From an uncultured virus (IMG/VR IMGVR_UViG_3300044796_000330) (Duplodnaviria > Heunggongvirae > Uroviricota > Caudoviricetes), in the IMG/VR virus record IMGVR_UViG_3300044796_000330: a stretch of DNA of 64,000 nucleotides; one strand, 5' to 3'. Positions 1-9,529 of the stretch are shown piece by piece. The first letter of the stretch is position 1, and each line of letters begins with the position of its first letter. A program made the position numbers and the translations under genes. Below the pieces are notes generated by a model that worked only from the letters and a program-made list of their open reading frames with translations, had not been told where the DNA came from and searched no databases.

Positions 1-360
1 TTCGGATTTTCGAATGATGTCGGTAAATTCTTGATCGGTTATGATCTTGCTCGCAATTCTGAATTGACACGGCTTGTTGGAATCTATAAGGAGTTTCCTC
101 TGATGAAATAGAGCCGAACAGGTGGCATTGCAGAAGTAATTCCCACTGGCATTTAATTCGCTTTTTGTCCGTTTTACAGGCGCAGCACAGTAGGAGCAAT
201 TGATAATCTTCGATTCGCCTCTCTGTTTTTGCAGGGCACTGGCGCATTTTCGAGAACATACGGGCACGTAGCTTTCGCCACTAACTTTCTTTTGGCGAGT
301 GAACTGCTTCAGTTCCCGTGAAAATTGCAAGCAACACATAGCACATACTAAATCGATCAT
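1..360 (-). CDS. 5' part of a Zn-ribbon repeat protein, probably an HNH endonuclease N-terminus (runs off window)
   Basis: Manually translated open frame from ATG at 360: MIDLVCAMCC...VCSRKC...NCSYC...YFCNATC...TDQEFTDIIRKSE; absent from ORF track because no stop lies in the window. Confidence 0.6.
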   Translation of the reverse strand, partial: MIDLVCAMCCLQFSRELKQFTRQKKVSGESYVPVCSRKCASALQKQRGESKIINCSYCAAPVKRTKSELNASGNYFCNATCSALFHQRKLLIDSNKPCQFRIASKIITDQEFTDIIRKSE

Positions 361-461
361 AGTCGTCATAGATACTAACCTCTTTTAGAAAGTCATAACC
401 CACACAACATAATATAATACTTATACCTCTTTTACACAACCACCGCAATTGAATTCTCTTT

Positions 462-815
462 ATGAACAACAAGATATACAACTATTTCAGACTTGCCGGA
501 AAAGCAGCAGAGAAGGACATGACGAATAAGAGCTTTCTCCTTGGTGCTGTTGGTATCCGTGGAGATGGCACCATCGTCTCTGCCACAAATTCTATCAGCC
601 AAGTTCCAAATAGAATGCTTCACGCAGAGAAGCGTCTATGCAATAAACTCGACTATGGCGCCACTGTTTATGTGGCTCGTGTGAGACTTCTCAATGGTGA
701 ATACGCATTGTCAAGGCCTTGTCCTGATTGCTACAAGGCTCTCAAATACAAAAACGTTAGCCGGTGCTATTACACTGTGTCCGAGACAGAGTGGGGCGTG
801 ATCGATTTCGATTGA
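462..815 (+). CDS. cytidine/dCMP deaminase-fold zinc protein
   Basis: HAE ... PCPDC zinc deaminase motifs. Confidence 0.75.
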   Translation: MNNKIYNYFRLAGKAAEKDMTNKSFLLGAVGIRGDGTIVSATNSISQVPNRMLHAEKRLCNKLDYGATVYVARVRLLNGEYALSRPCPDCYKALKYKNVSRCYYTVSETEWGVIDFD

Positions 816-827
816 ACTGAATAGCAA

Positions 828-1232
828 ATGGCCAAATCATCCACAGCAGACTCACTTATTGCCTTCGGCAAGGTGAGTTTTTTGCTTATCAGACTCACAA
901 GCAAGCTACTCGCAAAAGACGACAAATTGGTCATTGGTTCATCTTTTGTCGGAGATGATGACTGGATTGAGGATCTTTGCAATGCAGTGCTCAATGCGGC
1001 AAAGTTCGCCGAGCAATCTACACATTACACGACACAACCTATGAATTCAATTCACTCCTATTCTTGGGCATATGAAACGTTGAGCATACCGGATACATCG
1101 ACCGAGCAAGAGGTCAAATCTGCTTTCAAATCCCTCGTTAAACAATATCACCCTGATATCAACAAGTCCCCAGACGCAACCAAGAAGTATATTGATGTCG
1201 TGAAAGCGTATCAGATTCTATCAACTGCGTGA
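828..1232 (+). CDS. J-domain (DnaJ-like) protein
   Basis: C-terminal YETLSI...VKSAFKSLVKQYHPD...AYQILS. Confidence 0.8.
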   Translation: MAKSSTADSLIAFGKVSFLLIRLTSKLLAKDDKLVIGSSFVGDDDWIEDLCNAVLNAAKFAEQSTHYTTQPMNSIHSYSWAYETLSIPDTSTEQEVKSAFKSLVKQYHPDINKSPDATKKYIDVVKAYQILSTA

Positions 1233-1239
1233 ATTACCA

Positions 1240-1689
1240 ATGAACGATATTAAGAACATAGGGCGGTTTATAACCAAGTATCACTGTGCGGCCAATCAGA
1301 TAGTTGTGAGGGGATATCGATTGATACTTAGCGCTTGCACCTGCCAATTCCATACTATTAACGGTAGATGGGTTGCCACATACCCCAGATATGCTCATCC
1401 GTTTGAGTTTATTCTTGACAACAGAAGTGTGTATTCCCCACATTGGAAATTGGATTTGGCTAAAATGTTTGGCCTATCCTTCCCATCTATTCAGGCATTC
1501 TGCTATGAGGGTGATAAGCCGTTCGATCCACCTGGCCTGAGCTACGACGAAAAGCTTATGTATGATCTCGGAAGTATGATGCATTACATCTATTGCGAGG
1601 AGTACAATGATAGGCCGTTCGAAAGACGCTTCCCAGAAGCATCGATAGGACTCGACTATCTCTTCGCGAAACCAAAGCATCTCAAATGA
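1240..1689 (+). CDS. hypothetical protein (dispersed helical family H)
   Basis: PF...LAKMFGL...YDLG pattern loosely shared with 10228, 37555, 38166, 58481. Confidence 0.5.
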   Translation: MNDIKNIGRFITKYHCAANQIVVRGYRLILSACTCQFHTINGRWVATYPRYAHPFEFILDNRSVYSPHWKLDLAKMFGLSFPSIQAFCYEGDKPFDPPGLSYDEKLMYDLGSMMHYIYCEEYNDRPFERRFPEASIGLDYLFAKPKHLK

Positions 1690-2699
1690 GTTTTGATCTA
1701 ACCACAATCGACCTTTGCAAAGGTGAGCCAAGCATTATCAGGGAGAACCTTGTTGCGACATTTGGTTTAGAGAATACCTTCTTCACGACCTCACTCAATA
1801 AAGAGTCTTCCTCCTATCCGCCTATCACCGGACACTTACCACTCGTAAAATTTCTCGAAGATGTGTATGAGGCTCCCGTTATCATCACAACCGGAGCAAA
1901 ACAATCCCTTGCTGCTGTATTTTATGCCATGAAGAAAATGGGCAAAAAGAAGCTCGGCTATCGCAAACCATATTGGTGTCAGATCCCCGCTCTTGCCAAT
2001 AGAATTGGGTTGGAATCAAAGTCCGTAAGATCTGACGATCCTTCCGAGGAATACTGCGATTGCTATCTATCTGTTATGCCGTGCAATCCCGATGGACACA
2101 TTGACGGATACGGCGAACATAAGTATATGGGCTCGGCTCACAAATCCTTTGGCATTCCATTTATTCACGATGCCGCCTACTACCATCACATTTACCTTCC
2201 GGATGAATATGAACTTGGTCCCGTTGGAGACGCTCAAATTTTCAGTGCATCGAAAATGCACGGACTCTCCGGACTCCGCATTGGATATACGGTTCTCTAC
2301 GATGTCGAGATTTATCAGCATATGCTTGACTATATTGAGCATATGTCAGTTGGGGTTAGCGTTCCATCTCAAGAAGTTTATCTCGATGTGCTGCGGACAA
2401 TTCAATCTTCCCAAGCCAAGGAAAGAGAATTCACTCTGAAATGTAGAGACGATCTCTATCGTGCAAAGTTTCTTGCGAGAACAATCAATCGTGATGTTCT
2501 GGAAGTGCCCGATAATGTAGAGCACATTCCTGGTATGTTTCTTTGGGCGAAGGTAAAGAATTACGGAGCTTTTACTGCCGCAAAAGTTAGTGTAGCGAAT
2601 GGAAAAGATTTTGGCTGCCCTGGATTCATCCGTATGAATTTGGCTGCGTCATACGACGATCTAAAAGAAGCCATTACAAGAATTAACGCCTTCGGTTGA
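1686..2699 (+). CDS. PLP-dependent aminotransferase class I/II
   Basis: TTGAKQ, PCNPDG, HDAAY, SASKMHGLSGLRIG, GFIRMN motifs. Confidence 0.85.
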   Translation: MSFDLTTIDLCKGEPSIIRENLVATFGLENTFFTTSLNKESSSYPPITGHLPLVKFLEDVYEAPVIITTGAKQSLAAVFYAMKKMGKKKLGYRKPYWCQIPALANRIGLESKSVRSDDPSEEYCDCYLSVMPCNPDGHIDGYGEHKYMGSAHKSFGIPFIHDAAYYHHIYLPDEYELGPVGDAQIFSASKMHGLSGLRIGYTVLYDVEIYQHMLDYIEHMSVGVSVPSQEVYLDVLRTIQSSQAKEREFTLKCRDDLYRAKFLARTINRDVLEVPDNVEHIPGMFLWAKVKNYGAFTAAKVSVANGKDFGCPGFIRMNLAASYDDLKEAITRINAFG

Positions 2700-2709
2700 G
2701 GAGAACAAG

Positions 2710-3057
2710 ATGACAGCATTCATTGGAATTTCAGCCTTTATGTCTATGTATTGGATGTTCAAATGCCACGATCAAATTGGCAAGAGCGGCAAGCAGATTG
2801 TGCCGAGCGATTGGATTTATTGGTTGTTGGCCGCAACTGCAATCTTCGGATTCTATCTGCTTTTGTTTAGCCACGTTATCGTTATGCTTGTTGTGCAGTT
2901 TTCGCTTGGGTTATTCTACATCTATGATGTTCGTCCGATTAGTGGTAGGTGGTTTTTGGCGCTACTCTACTACACGATTGCTGGCGCTCCACTTGGTATT
3001 AGCGATATGCTTATGTTTCATTACGAGACGAAAGATGACGCAACAAAAAGCAAATGA
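2710..3057 (+). CDS. membrane protein
   Basis: Several hydrophobic segments; GAGGAG RBS upstream. Confidence 0.55.
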   Translation: MTAFIGISAFMSMYWMFKCHDQIGKSGKQIVPSDWIYWLLAATAIFGFYLLLFSHVIVMLVVQFSLGLFYIYDVRPISGRWFLALLYYTIAGAPLGISDMLMFHYETKDDATKSK

Positions 3058-3179
3058 CGTTTGAGCTTCTGATTTTTGGCGTGCCTGGCATAGTTCTTGC
3101 TTGGACGGTTGTGCGGCTCGTGAGAGCCGGGCACCATTGACTTGTGGCGAGCGGGTGGTTAGATTGAACGAGGATACTG

Positions 3180-3464
3180 ATGAAGGTGGGCGACAAAGTC
3201 AGATTTAGCAGCAAGTATAAGCAATATGCTTGTCGTAAAATGAATGGATTTTATCTCGGGGCTCAACCGCAACGAATTGTAGAGAGCATCAGGGATGCTA
3301 ATTGGATTAGATTAACCACATTGAGGTTAATGAACAATATCGGAGAGATAACTGGTATCGAGCCACACGATAGAATCTGGGTTAAGTTTGTATCACTATC
3401 GGCATCCAAATACAGCACAAAGTATCTCTTCGATGATTTTGACTTGGAAGTAATTCCGCAATGA
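3180..3464 (+). CDS. small SH3/KOW-like protein (family MKVGDKV..YAC)
   Basis: Paralog of 3461 and 34388. Confidence 0.6.
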   Translation: MKVGDKVRFSSKYKQYACRKMNGFYLGAQPQRIVESIRDANWIRLTTLRLMNNIGEITGIEPHDRIWVKFVSLSASKYSTKYLFDDFDLEVIPQ

Positions 3465-3760
3465 AGGTAGGCGACAAGGTAAAGCTATCTACACGATACA
3501 AGCAATACGCTTGTCGTAAGATTCGTGGGATCAAGGATCCGAATAAGCCAGTTAGAGTGCTTGATGAGCTTCGAACCAAAGATTGGCTGCATTCAAGACT
3601 AACCCATTATGGGGATAAGGTAGGAGTTGTGCGGGATACCGATACTCACAAAAATTATCCACACAATGAATGCGTCAGAGTGCGGTTCATTAATGACGAT
3701 TGTTTCGGGTTCTATACTGTTATATTTGACACGTTCGATCTAACTCTGGTGGAAGAGTAG
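3461..3760 (+). CDS. small SH3/KOW-like protein (family MKVGDKV..YAC)
   Basis: MKVGDKVKLSTRYKQYACRK nearly identical to the N-terminus of the preceding gene. Confidence 0.6.
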   Translation: MKVGDKVKLSTRYKQYACRKIRGIKDPNKPVRVLDELRTKDWLHSRLTHYGDKVGVVRDTDTHKNYPHNECVRVRFINDDCFGFYTVIFDTFDLTLVEE

Positions 3761-3774
3761 CCGAGGCACAAACA

Positions 3775-4644
3775 ATGAAACTGATGGGGCTTTTTCCGAT
3801 TGCGTTTATTCTTGCGGCTTGCTCTGCACATACTGTCGAAAACAAGACAGATGCGGGAGTGTTGGACACAAATTGTGATAGTGGGAGTTGTGATTGGCCT
3901 GCCGGATTTGCGTCGTCGATATCCAATACTCTCAAAACTCCGATTGATGAGAACTCCGCCCATTGTGGAGCTGGAATGATCTGGGTTCATGGGGATTATT
4001 GCCCGAAGGATGATCAGAAGTGCATTAAGTATGTGCGCAACGATCCAAACGATCAATGCGCCGAGTTCCGACAGCCAGTTCATTGTCTTGCAAAGACTCG
4101 ACCAATGAGTTTTTGTATGGCGGAATTTGAGGCGCAAAACAAACGTGGAGAGATTCCCCAGACTTGGGTGTCTTGGAATCAGGCTAAAGCATTGGCTGAG
4201 GCACAAGGCAATCGTCTATGCACAGATACCGAATGGACGTTCGCCGCAATGGGTGAGGAAATGTTTCCTCTCCCATATGGGGACGGATACCATAGGGATT
4301 CAACGAAGTGTAATATTGACAGACATATTACTGGCGTAAAGGTAATGAGCGTTAGAGATCCGAATTCAGAAGGCGCAGCGAGACTGCGTTCATACATCGT
4401 GCCATCAGGCTCAATGAATGCATGTCGTCCTCCCGCGAACCCAAAAATACACGATTTATCGGGCAATGTCGATGAATTTGTGTATAACGAACACGGATTC
4501 GTAGATCATGCACCATATGTTTCTGGTATGAAGGGTGGATGGTTTGGGCACATTAGAGCGGCTTCACGTCCAATGACCACTGCACATAATCAGTGGTTCT
4601 ATTGGTACGAATCTTCGTATAGGATGTGTTCGGACGCCAAGTGA
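3775..4644 (+). CDS. FGE/SUMF1 (sulfatase-modifying factor) domain lipoprotein
   Basis: Lipobox ILAAC; VSWNQA..RLCTDTEWTFA..PYG..DLSGNVDEF..KGG..YRMC. Confidence 0.8.
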   Translation: MKLMGLFPIAFILAACSAHTVENKTDAGVLDTNCDSGSCDWPAGFASSISNTLKTPIDENSAHCGAGMIWVHGDYCPKDDQKCIKYVRNDPNDQCAEFRQPVHCLAKTRPMSFCMAEFEAQNKRGEIPQTWVSWNQAKALAEAQGNRLCTDTEWTFAAMGEEMFPLPYGDGYHRDSTKCNIDRHITGVKVMSVRDPNSEGAARLRSYIVPSGSMNACRPPANPKIHDLSGNVDEFVYNEHGFVDHAPYVSGMKGGWFGHIRAASRPMTTAHNQWFYWYESSYRMCSDAK

Positions 4645-4659
4645 GGTTCAAATGAGTGA

Positions 4660-5484
4660 TTAGGTCTTCTTGTGCCTTGTACGCCGAGCCCCATCCAACT
4701 GATTGCTAATTGCACTCAATGGTCTCAAATTTTTTAGATCCCAAGCCTTCTTGAAATTGGCATCACTCATAGACGTGTATGGGGTTTCTGATTGAGGCGT
4801 GATATGATCAATTTGCCAAGCCCAGGTTGATTGATCTGCGTCGTTCCAAGATTCTCTTCTGTATGTTCCGTGATTTTGCCACGTCATCCACGGTTCAAAC
4901 ATTGATTCGAGATGGGTCTTAAGTTGTTCGATAGTGTATGGAAGGAATTCCATCACAGAATGGCCGCCTTTATCACGGCGAATCATATTGTAGATCGCGG
5001 TATTTACGATTCTTCGTAGTCGATAGACCGGATCATTTTTATGTCTTGTCTTCACATAGTCGTTGTTCTTGGCTCTAACTTTCGGATCGTTCTTTCTTCG
5101 TTCAGCTGCTTGCATATTTTGACGTTTATATACATCTTCTCTGTTATTTGCAACATACTTAAGTTGATTTTTAGCTCTGATCTTGTAATCACAACCGATG
5201 CACCGCGAGGATATTCGCCATTTACTTCCTCGCATAATTACAAACTCAATAGCTGGTCTATTGTTTTTACACACTCCACACAATGTATCTTTAGTGTGCG
5301 TCAAAAATTGATCGATGCGCTCCAAAGAAGTTTTTGTAGTTGGTCTCCTTCCTCTGCCATTTAGACACGTATTGCATACCCCTCTCCAATAGCCATTCGG
5401 CTTATTTTTCTCGTTTCTCCATCTGAAAAATTCTGTGGTTAGTGGTTTATTCTCCCCACATTGAAAGCAAATCTTCATTGTCAT
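4660..5484 (-). CDS. HNH homing-type endonuclease with Zn ribbons
   Basis: CxxC pairs; HLESMFEPWMTWQNHG...WQIDHITP...NLRPLSAISN. Confidence 0.8.
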   Translation of the reverse strand: MTMKICFQCGENKPLTTEFFRWRNEKNKPNGYWRGVCNTCLNGRGRRPTTKTSLERIDQFLTHTKDTLCGVCKNNRPAIEFVIMRGSKWRISSRCIGCDYKIRAKNQLKYVANNREDVYKRQNMQAAERRKNDPKVRAKNNDYVKTRHKNDPVYRLRRIVNTAIYNMIRRDKGGHSVMEFLPYTIEQLKTHLESMFEPWMTWQNHGTYRRESWNDADQSTWAWQIDHITPQSETPYTSMSDANFKKAWDLKNLRPLSAISNQLDGARRTRHKKT

Positions 5485-5487
5485 CTT

Positions 5488-5676
5488 CTATTCCTCTTCT
5501 AAGATCTTCCGTATCCTCTCTAATCTCTCTTCGGCATTTGTAATCCGACTCTCCACCATAATCGTGCCGGTATCGAGCTGTTCAGCCTTATCAATTTTTC
5601 CTGCCTTCCACCACCGATATGCTGTCGTATATGATATTCCCTGTTGTTTTGCCCAATGCGATAGTTTGATCTTCAT
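5488..5676 (-). CDS. stand-alone MerR/excisionase-like HTH resembling the IS607 TnpA N-terminus
   Basis: KLSHWAKQQGISYTTAYRWWKAGKI; no resolvase catalytic domain. Confidence 0.65.
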   Translation of the reverse strand: MKIKLSHWAKQQGISYTTAYRWWKAGKIDKAEQLDTGTIMVESRITNAEERLERIRKILEEE

Positions 5677-5747
5677 GGAATTCTCTCCCTGTCTATATAT
5701 AACACTATGCCCATAGTTTGGTAATGAAAAGCAACAAAGGACGATAA

Positions 5748-7181
5748 ATGTCTAATCAAGAAGTTCGAGTAAGAATCGCGCCATCAAACTCAGGCGCCGA
5801 TGTCCATGCTGGCAACGTTAGAGCAGCTCTCTACAATTATCTCTTTGCTAAACAAAACAAAGGGGTATATCTTCTACGCTTCGAGGATTCAGATTCAGCT
5901 CGCTGCAAAGATGAATATGCCGATAGTATCACCGAGACGCTCCGTTGGATCGGTTTGCCTCCCGACGAGGGGTATGGTACAGATAACAAGCCATGCGGGC
6001 ATTATCAGCAATCAAAGAAGCTCGAACGCTATCAAGAGTTCGTGCAAGAACTAATTGAACGTGGTGCTGCCTATCGCTGCTATTGTGATAGTGCGATGCT
6101 GGACAAGGAACGCGAAGAGGCTATCGCAAAGAATCCCAAAGCCCCGTGGCGTTATGACGGAAGGTGCCGCGATCTAAAATCGCAAGATAAAACCAAGTCT
6201 CACGTTGTGAGATTCAAGACCACAACAGAAGGCGAAGTCGTTCTAAACGACTTGGTATTCGGCAAAATGACTTTCCCTAACAAGGAGAATCAGGACTTCG
6301 TTATTATGCGCTCAAACGGGTTCCCTCTCTACAATCTATCTGTTGTAGTCGATGATCTCGATATGCGGATATCGCACATCCTACGTGGCTGCGATCATAT
6401 TTTAAATTACACCGCGCAGGCCGCCATCTATAATGCTGTGGGCGCTACGATTCCGGTGATGGCACACTTTCCGATGATCCGTGCTGCTGACGGAACAAAA
6501 CTCGCCAAGCGCAATGGAGCATCAATCATTCAGTATCGCGAAGCTGGCTACACTCCAACCGCAATTCTAAACTATCTACTTCGCCTTGGTTTCGGTTGCG
6601 GCAACCAAGAAATTTTCAGTCTGGACGAGATGATTGAGAGGTTTTCTTTCAGTGGATGTAGTAAGAATGACGCAAAGTTCGATCCGAAAAAGTTCGAAGC
6701 AACAAATACGACTCATTTGAAGTCTGTCGATCTAACCTCTGATGACGATTATGTATCACGGGTTGTTCCGTTTCTTTCAGCTCGCGGCATCGAAAATTTC
6801 AACATTGATAGCGTCAAGTCTCTTATTCCTCTCATCCGCGGGAGAGCGAAAACATTCATCGAGGCTGCTGATATGCTCGATCCGTTCCTTCGCGATACTC
6901 CCGTCATCGATCAAACCGCAAAAGATAAACTCATCACCACAGAAATCAAAACAAAGCTCGCTGAATATACCGCATTCCTTTCTGGAATTGATACCTGGGA
7001 AGCACCCGTGCTCAACGAGCAATCTGTGAATTGGATGGCAGCGCACACCACGTCAATCAAAGAGATTGGCCAGCCCATTAGAGTCGCAATTACAGGTAGA
7101 ACAAATTCGCCAGAGTTGTTCCAAACAATGGCAGCTCTCGGCAAAACAACAACCATCAATAGGCTAAAGAATCAGCAATGA
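5748..7181 (+). CDS. gltX: glutamyl-tRNA synthetase
   Basis: RIAPS..HAGN (HIGH equivalent), RFEDSD, CYC..YDGRC Zn site, VVDD..RGxDH, KLAKR, PIRVAITG..SP anticodon domain. Confidence 0.95.
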   Translation: MSNQEVRVRIAPSNSGADVHAGNVRAALYNYLFAKQNKGVYLLRFEDSDSARCKDEYADSITETLRWIGLPPDEGYGTDNKPCGHYQQSKKLERYQEFVQELIERGAAYRCYCDSAMLDKEREEAIAKNPKAPWRYDGRCRDLKSQDKTKSHVVRFKTTTEGEVVLNDLVFGKMTFPNKENQDFVIMRSNGFPLYNLSVVVDDLDMRISHILRGCDHILNYTAQAAIYNAVGATIPVMAHFPMIRAADGTKLAKRNGASIIQYREAGYTPTAILNYLLRLGFGCGNQEIFSLDEMIERFSFSGCSKNDAKFDPKKFEATNTTHLKSVDLTSDDDYVSRVVPFLSARGIENFNIDSVKSLIPLIRGRAKTFIEAADMLDPFLRDTPVIDQTAKDKLITTEIKTKLAEYTAFLSGIDTWEAPVLNEQSVNWMAAHTTSIKEIGQPIRVAITGRTNSPELFQTMAALGKTTTINRLKNQQ

Positions 7182-7489
7182 GCAACAATCAGATGTTGTT
7201 TGACTTTGGAAACCTGTACCCGTTTTTGCTGAAACTCCAAGTCCAACATTGGGATAAGAGGATTCAGCTGAATACGGTGCAGGAGAAGATTGCGGCGATT
7301 GTGGTTGATATAAGGGCAACACCTCTTCCAGAGTATAAGGAGGCGTGTCTAAAGAACATTCATCTCCTCAATGACATCTATGCCTATATTCACCGCGGCA
7401 ACGCCTTTACAATCCACAAATACAAACTACAACTGGTGAATGACCCTACAATCGAAAACGAGATTCACAGCATCCAGCAATTGCGCTGA
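7178..7489 (+). CDS. hypothetical protein
   Basis: ATGA overlap with gltX stop. Confidence 0.5.
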   Translation: MSNNQMLFDFGNLYPFLLKLQVQHWDKRIQLNTVQEKIAAIVVDIRATPLPEYKEACLKNIHLLNDIYAYIHRGNAFTIHKYKLQLVNDPTIENEIHSIQQLR

Positions 7490-7513
7490 ATGTTTAGGAT
7501 TAACAATCCGGGC

Positions 7514-7542
7514 TTGACAGGGCGAAAAACAATGATTACAAT
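7514..7542 (+). promoter_or_regulatory. sigma70-type promoter
   Basis: TTGACA-17nt-TACAAT, intergenic. Confidence 0.8.
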
Positions 7543-7551
7543 GGTTCAACG

Positions 7552-8142
7552 ATGAAGCTGCATAAGGGAATATACGGGTTCGAGACCTCCTCGAACAAAA
7601 CACCGTTCGGGTTTCTTAACGAACAACAGAGAGTTGATGCCGTTGTAAAAAACGGTGGATGGTTCAACTACTGTGGCGATAAGATTGGGCGAGGGGATCT
7701 CAATATGGCTGACCTGGCGAAGATTGCCAAGTCAATTCCGGGAGGAGAGGCGTTCTTCGTCCTGTCTGAGGTAGATTCCATTTGGGATATGCCAAGCGGC
7801 CTTGACCGAAGCGCTCCTGGTATTGACTACATTCTTAAGACAGCTACTTGGCTGATTTCTAAAAGCACGGGGGTTGTCCGTGCTCGTGATGACATTTCAA
7901 AAGGAGATATCGGAGATAGCAGTGGGGTAAGGTATTCTCGCATTCCTCGTAAAGAACTCGTGTCTTCATTTGGAAGTAAGTCAAAGACCTCTGCGACGAA
8001 GACGATTCCCGCTGCCAAAGACACAGTAGCGGATCCGTTTGGCGGGCAAGCAACAGCCGGTAAGCCACTTCGAGGTTATACTCCGTGGTCTTCCGGCGCA
8101 TCGAAGCCAAAGCCCACGGCAGGAGTGGCAAAAGTTCCGTGA
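7552..8142 (+). CDS. hypothetical protein
   Basis: 196-aa ORF directly after promoter. Confidence 0.6.
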   Translation: MKLHKGIYGFETSSNKTPFGFLNEQQRVDAVVKNGGWFNYCGDKIGRGDLNMADLAKIAKSIPGGEAFFVLSEVDSIWDMPSGLDRSAPGIDYILKTATWLISKSTGVVRARDDISKGDIGDSSGVRYSRIPRKELVSSFGSKSKTSATKTIPAAKDTVADPFGGQATAGKPLRGYTPWSSGASKPKPTAGVAKVP

Positions 8143-8329
8143 GCATTACCGTTTGCAATTGCATCTTGCTAAGTGTAGCATTTGGCGTAGGATTTTTCTT
8201 TGGCTTCTTGAAGACCAAGGAATGAAGGTTTCGGAGGGCGAGAGAGAGAGATTTGGTGATTGATTTAGCTTGAAGTGCATTCAGCAATGTATCCACTTCC
8301 GGTTAGATCGATACGATGATCTCGAAACA

Positions 8330-8500
8330 AGAGCCTGTGTTGTGGCAATGGGATTCGTCCCTACAGTAATGGATTGCCACACGACACTACTCACCTTTCA
8401 CCAGAAGTCCGTGTTATCCTTATGAATGGATAACGAGACACAGGCGGTGGGTTCGTAATATGTTGGTGCGCTCTCTGAAAGTTTTTCGTGTGTGAGTTAG
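8330..8500 (+). ncRNA. candidate structured RNA or leader
   Basis: 9-bp stem 8341-8349/8373-8381, GGGA-UUCG-UCCC hairpin, 7-bp stem 8413-8419/8428-8434, CUUUCA/UGAAAG; no long + strand ORF. Confidence 0.45.
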
Positions 8501-8531
8501 AATTTCGTGTATAGTAGTTAAAGGAGTTATT

Positions 8532-8834
8532 ATGATTCAGCAGTATTATGGTCTTGGTTTGACGTGTAATGTTTGTGGGGAGCAAAGTTCTCCATTGAAG
8601 CTTGATCGCACGGCCTATAATGTCGCAGGTAGGGAAACCTATACTTCGCATATGAATAAGAAAGCAGAAGCTCTCGCAAAAGAAGAGGGTTTTGTTCTTA
8701 TCTCAAAGGAGAAGAACGGTCTTCCAGCAAGACACATTTGCGGTAATTGCGCTATTCTCTTTCAGAAGAGAGCCGAGTCGGTTTTGGGTTCCAGCAAATC
8801 AGTATCGAAGCCAAAGGCTTCCAAGAAAGTATAA
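8532..8834 (+). CDS. Zn-finger protein (paralog pair)
   Basis: CNVC...HICGNC; AAGGAG RBS. Confidence 0.6.
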   Translation: MIQQYYGLGLTCNVCGEQSSPLKLDRTAYNVAGRETYTSHMNKKAEALAKEEGFVLISKEKNGLPARHICGNCAILFQKRAESVLGSSKSVSKPKASKKV

Positions 8835-8845
8835 GTGGTAAGATT

Positions 8846-9130
8846 ATGACAGTAGGTATCAGATATGGTGTTGGAATAGCTTGTTGCTTGTGCAATCGCG
8901 ATGGTTCTCTACTGAGGTTTGACCAGATTGCGTATTATGACGCGAATAATCAAGCTTACAAAAACGACATAGAGAACAAAGCTTGGGCAGTTGCGCAAAA
9001 GGAAGGCTTTAAGAAGCTTCTGATTAACAATCTCGATAATCATCTGTGTGGGAATTGTTATGCATCTATACACGAGAAGAAGAAGGCGCCAAAATCAAAG
9101 AGCACCAAGTCTGCTCTCAAAAAGAAGTAG
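8846..9130 (+). CDS. Zn-finger protein (paralog pair)
   Basis: CCLC...HLCGNC; AxKEGF shared with 8532. Confidence 0.6.
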   Translation: MTVGIRYGVGIACCLCNRDGSLLRFDQIAYYDANNQAYKNDIENKAWAVAQKEGFKKLLINNLDNHLCGNCYASIHEKKKAPKSKSTKSALKKK

Positions 9131-9206
9131 TTTTACCGAGTCTCGTGCTCAACACTGGTTCCTATGCCAGAGCCGAAATCAACTTCTTCGACAATCAAGA
9201 AAGCCA

Positions 9207-9527
9207 ATGAAAAACTCAAGCACTCCGCCGCTGCCCGAACGAATTCCATACACGTTGTTTGTCGTGGAGCTTGACAAATACGTTGTCATAACGTCTTGTC
9301 AGATTACAAAGTGTGAATTCACTTGCTATCGTTTCGATGGCAATAAGCAGCTTGCGTATCGTGCGGCAGATGAGATTGCAAGAGAATCCAATAAGTTGGT
9401 TGCCAATATGGTGGAGTTTCCGCCTGACAATCCTTTCGTGTATGACCCGAATAAGTATGAGGAGATTGAGCGGGCATTGATTGCAGCAGATGATGCCGAT
9501 GATCTTGCTGACAATTACGCAGGCTGA
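9207..9527 (+). CDS. hypothetical protein
   Basis: ORF in co-oriented cluster; start chosen at ATG 9207. Confidence 0.5.
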   Translation: MKNSSTPPLPERIPYTLFVVELDKYVVITSCQITKCEFTCYRFDGNKQLAYRAADEIARESNKLVANMVEFPPDNPFVYDPNKYEEIERALIAADDADDLADNYAG

Positions 9528-9529
9528 TT

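Noticed and set aside
5488..5676. Intact IS607 element
   Set aside because: No serine recombinase catalytic domain and no tnpB
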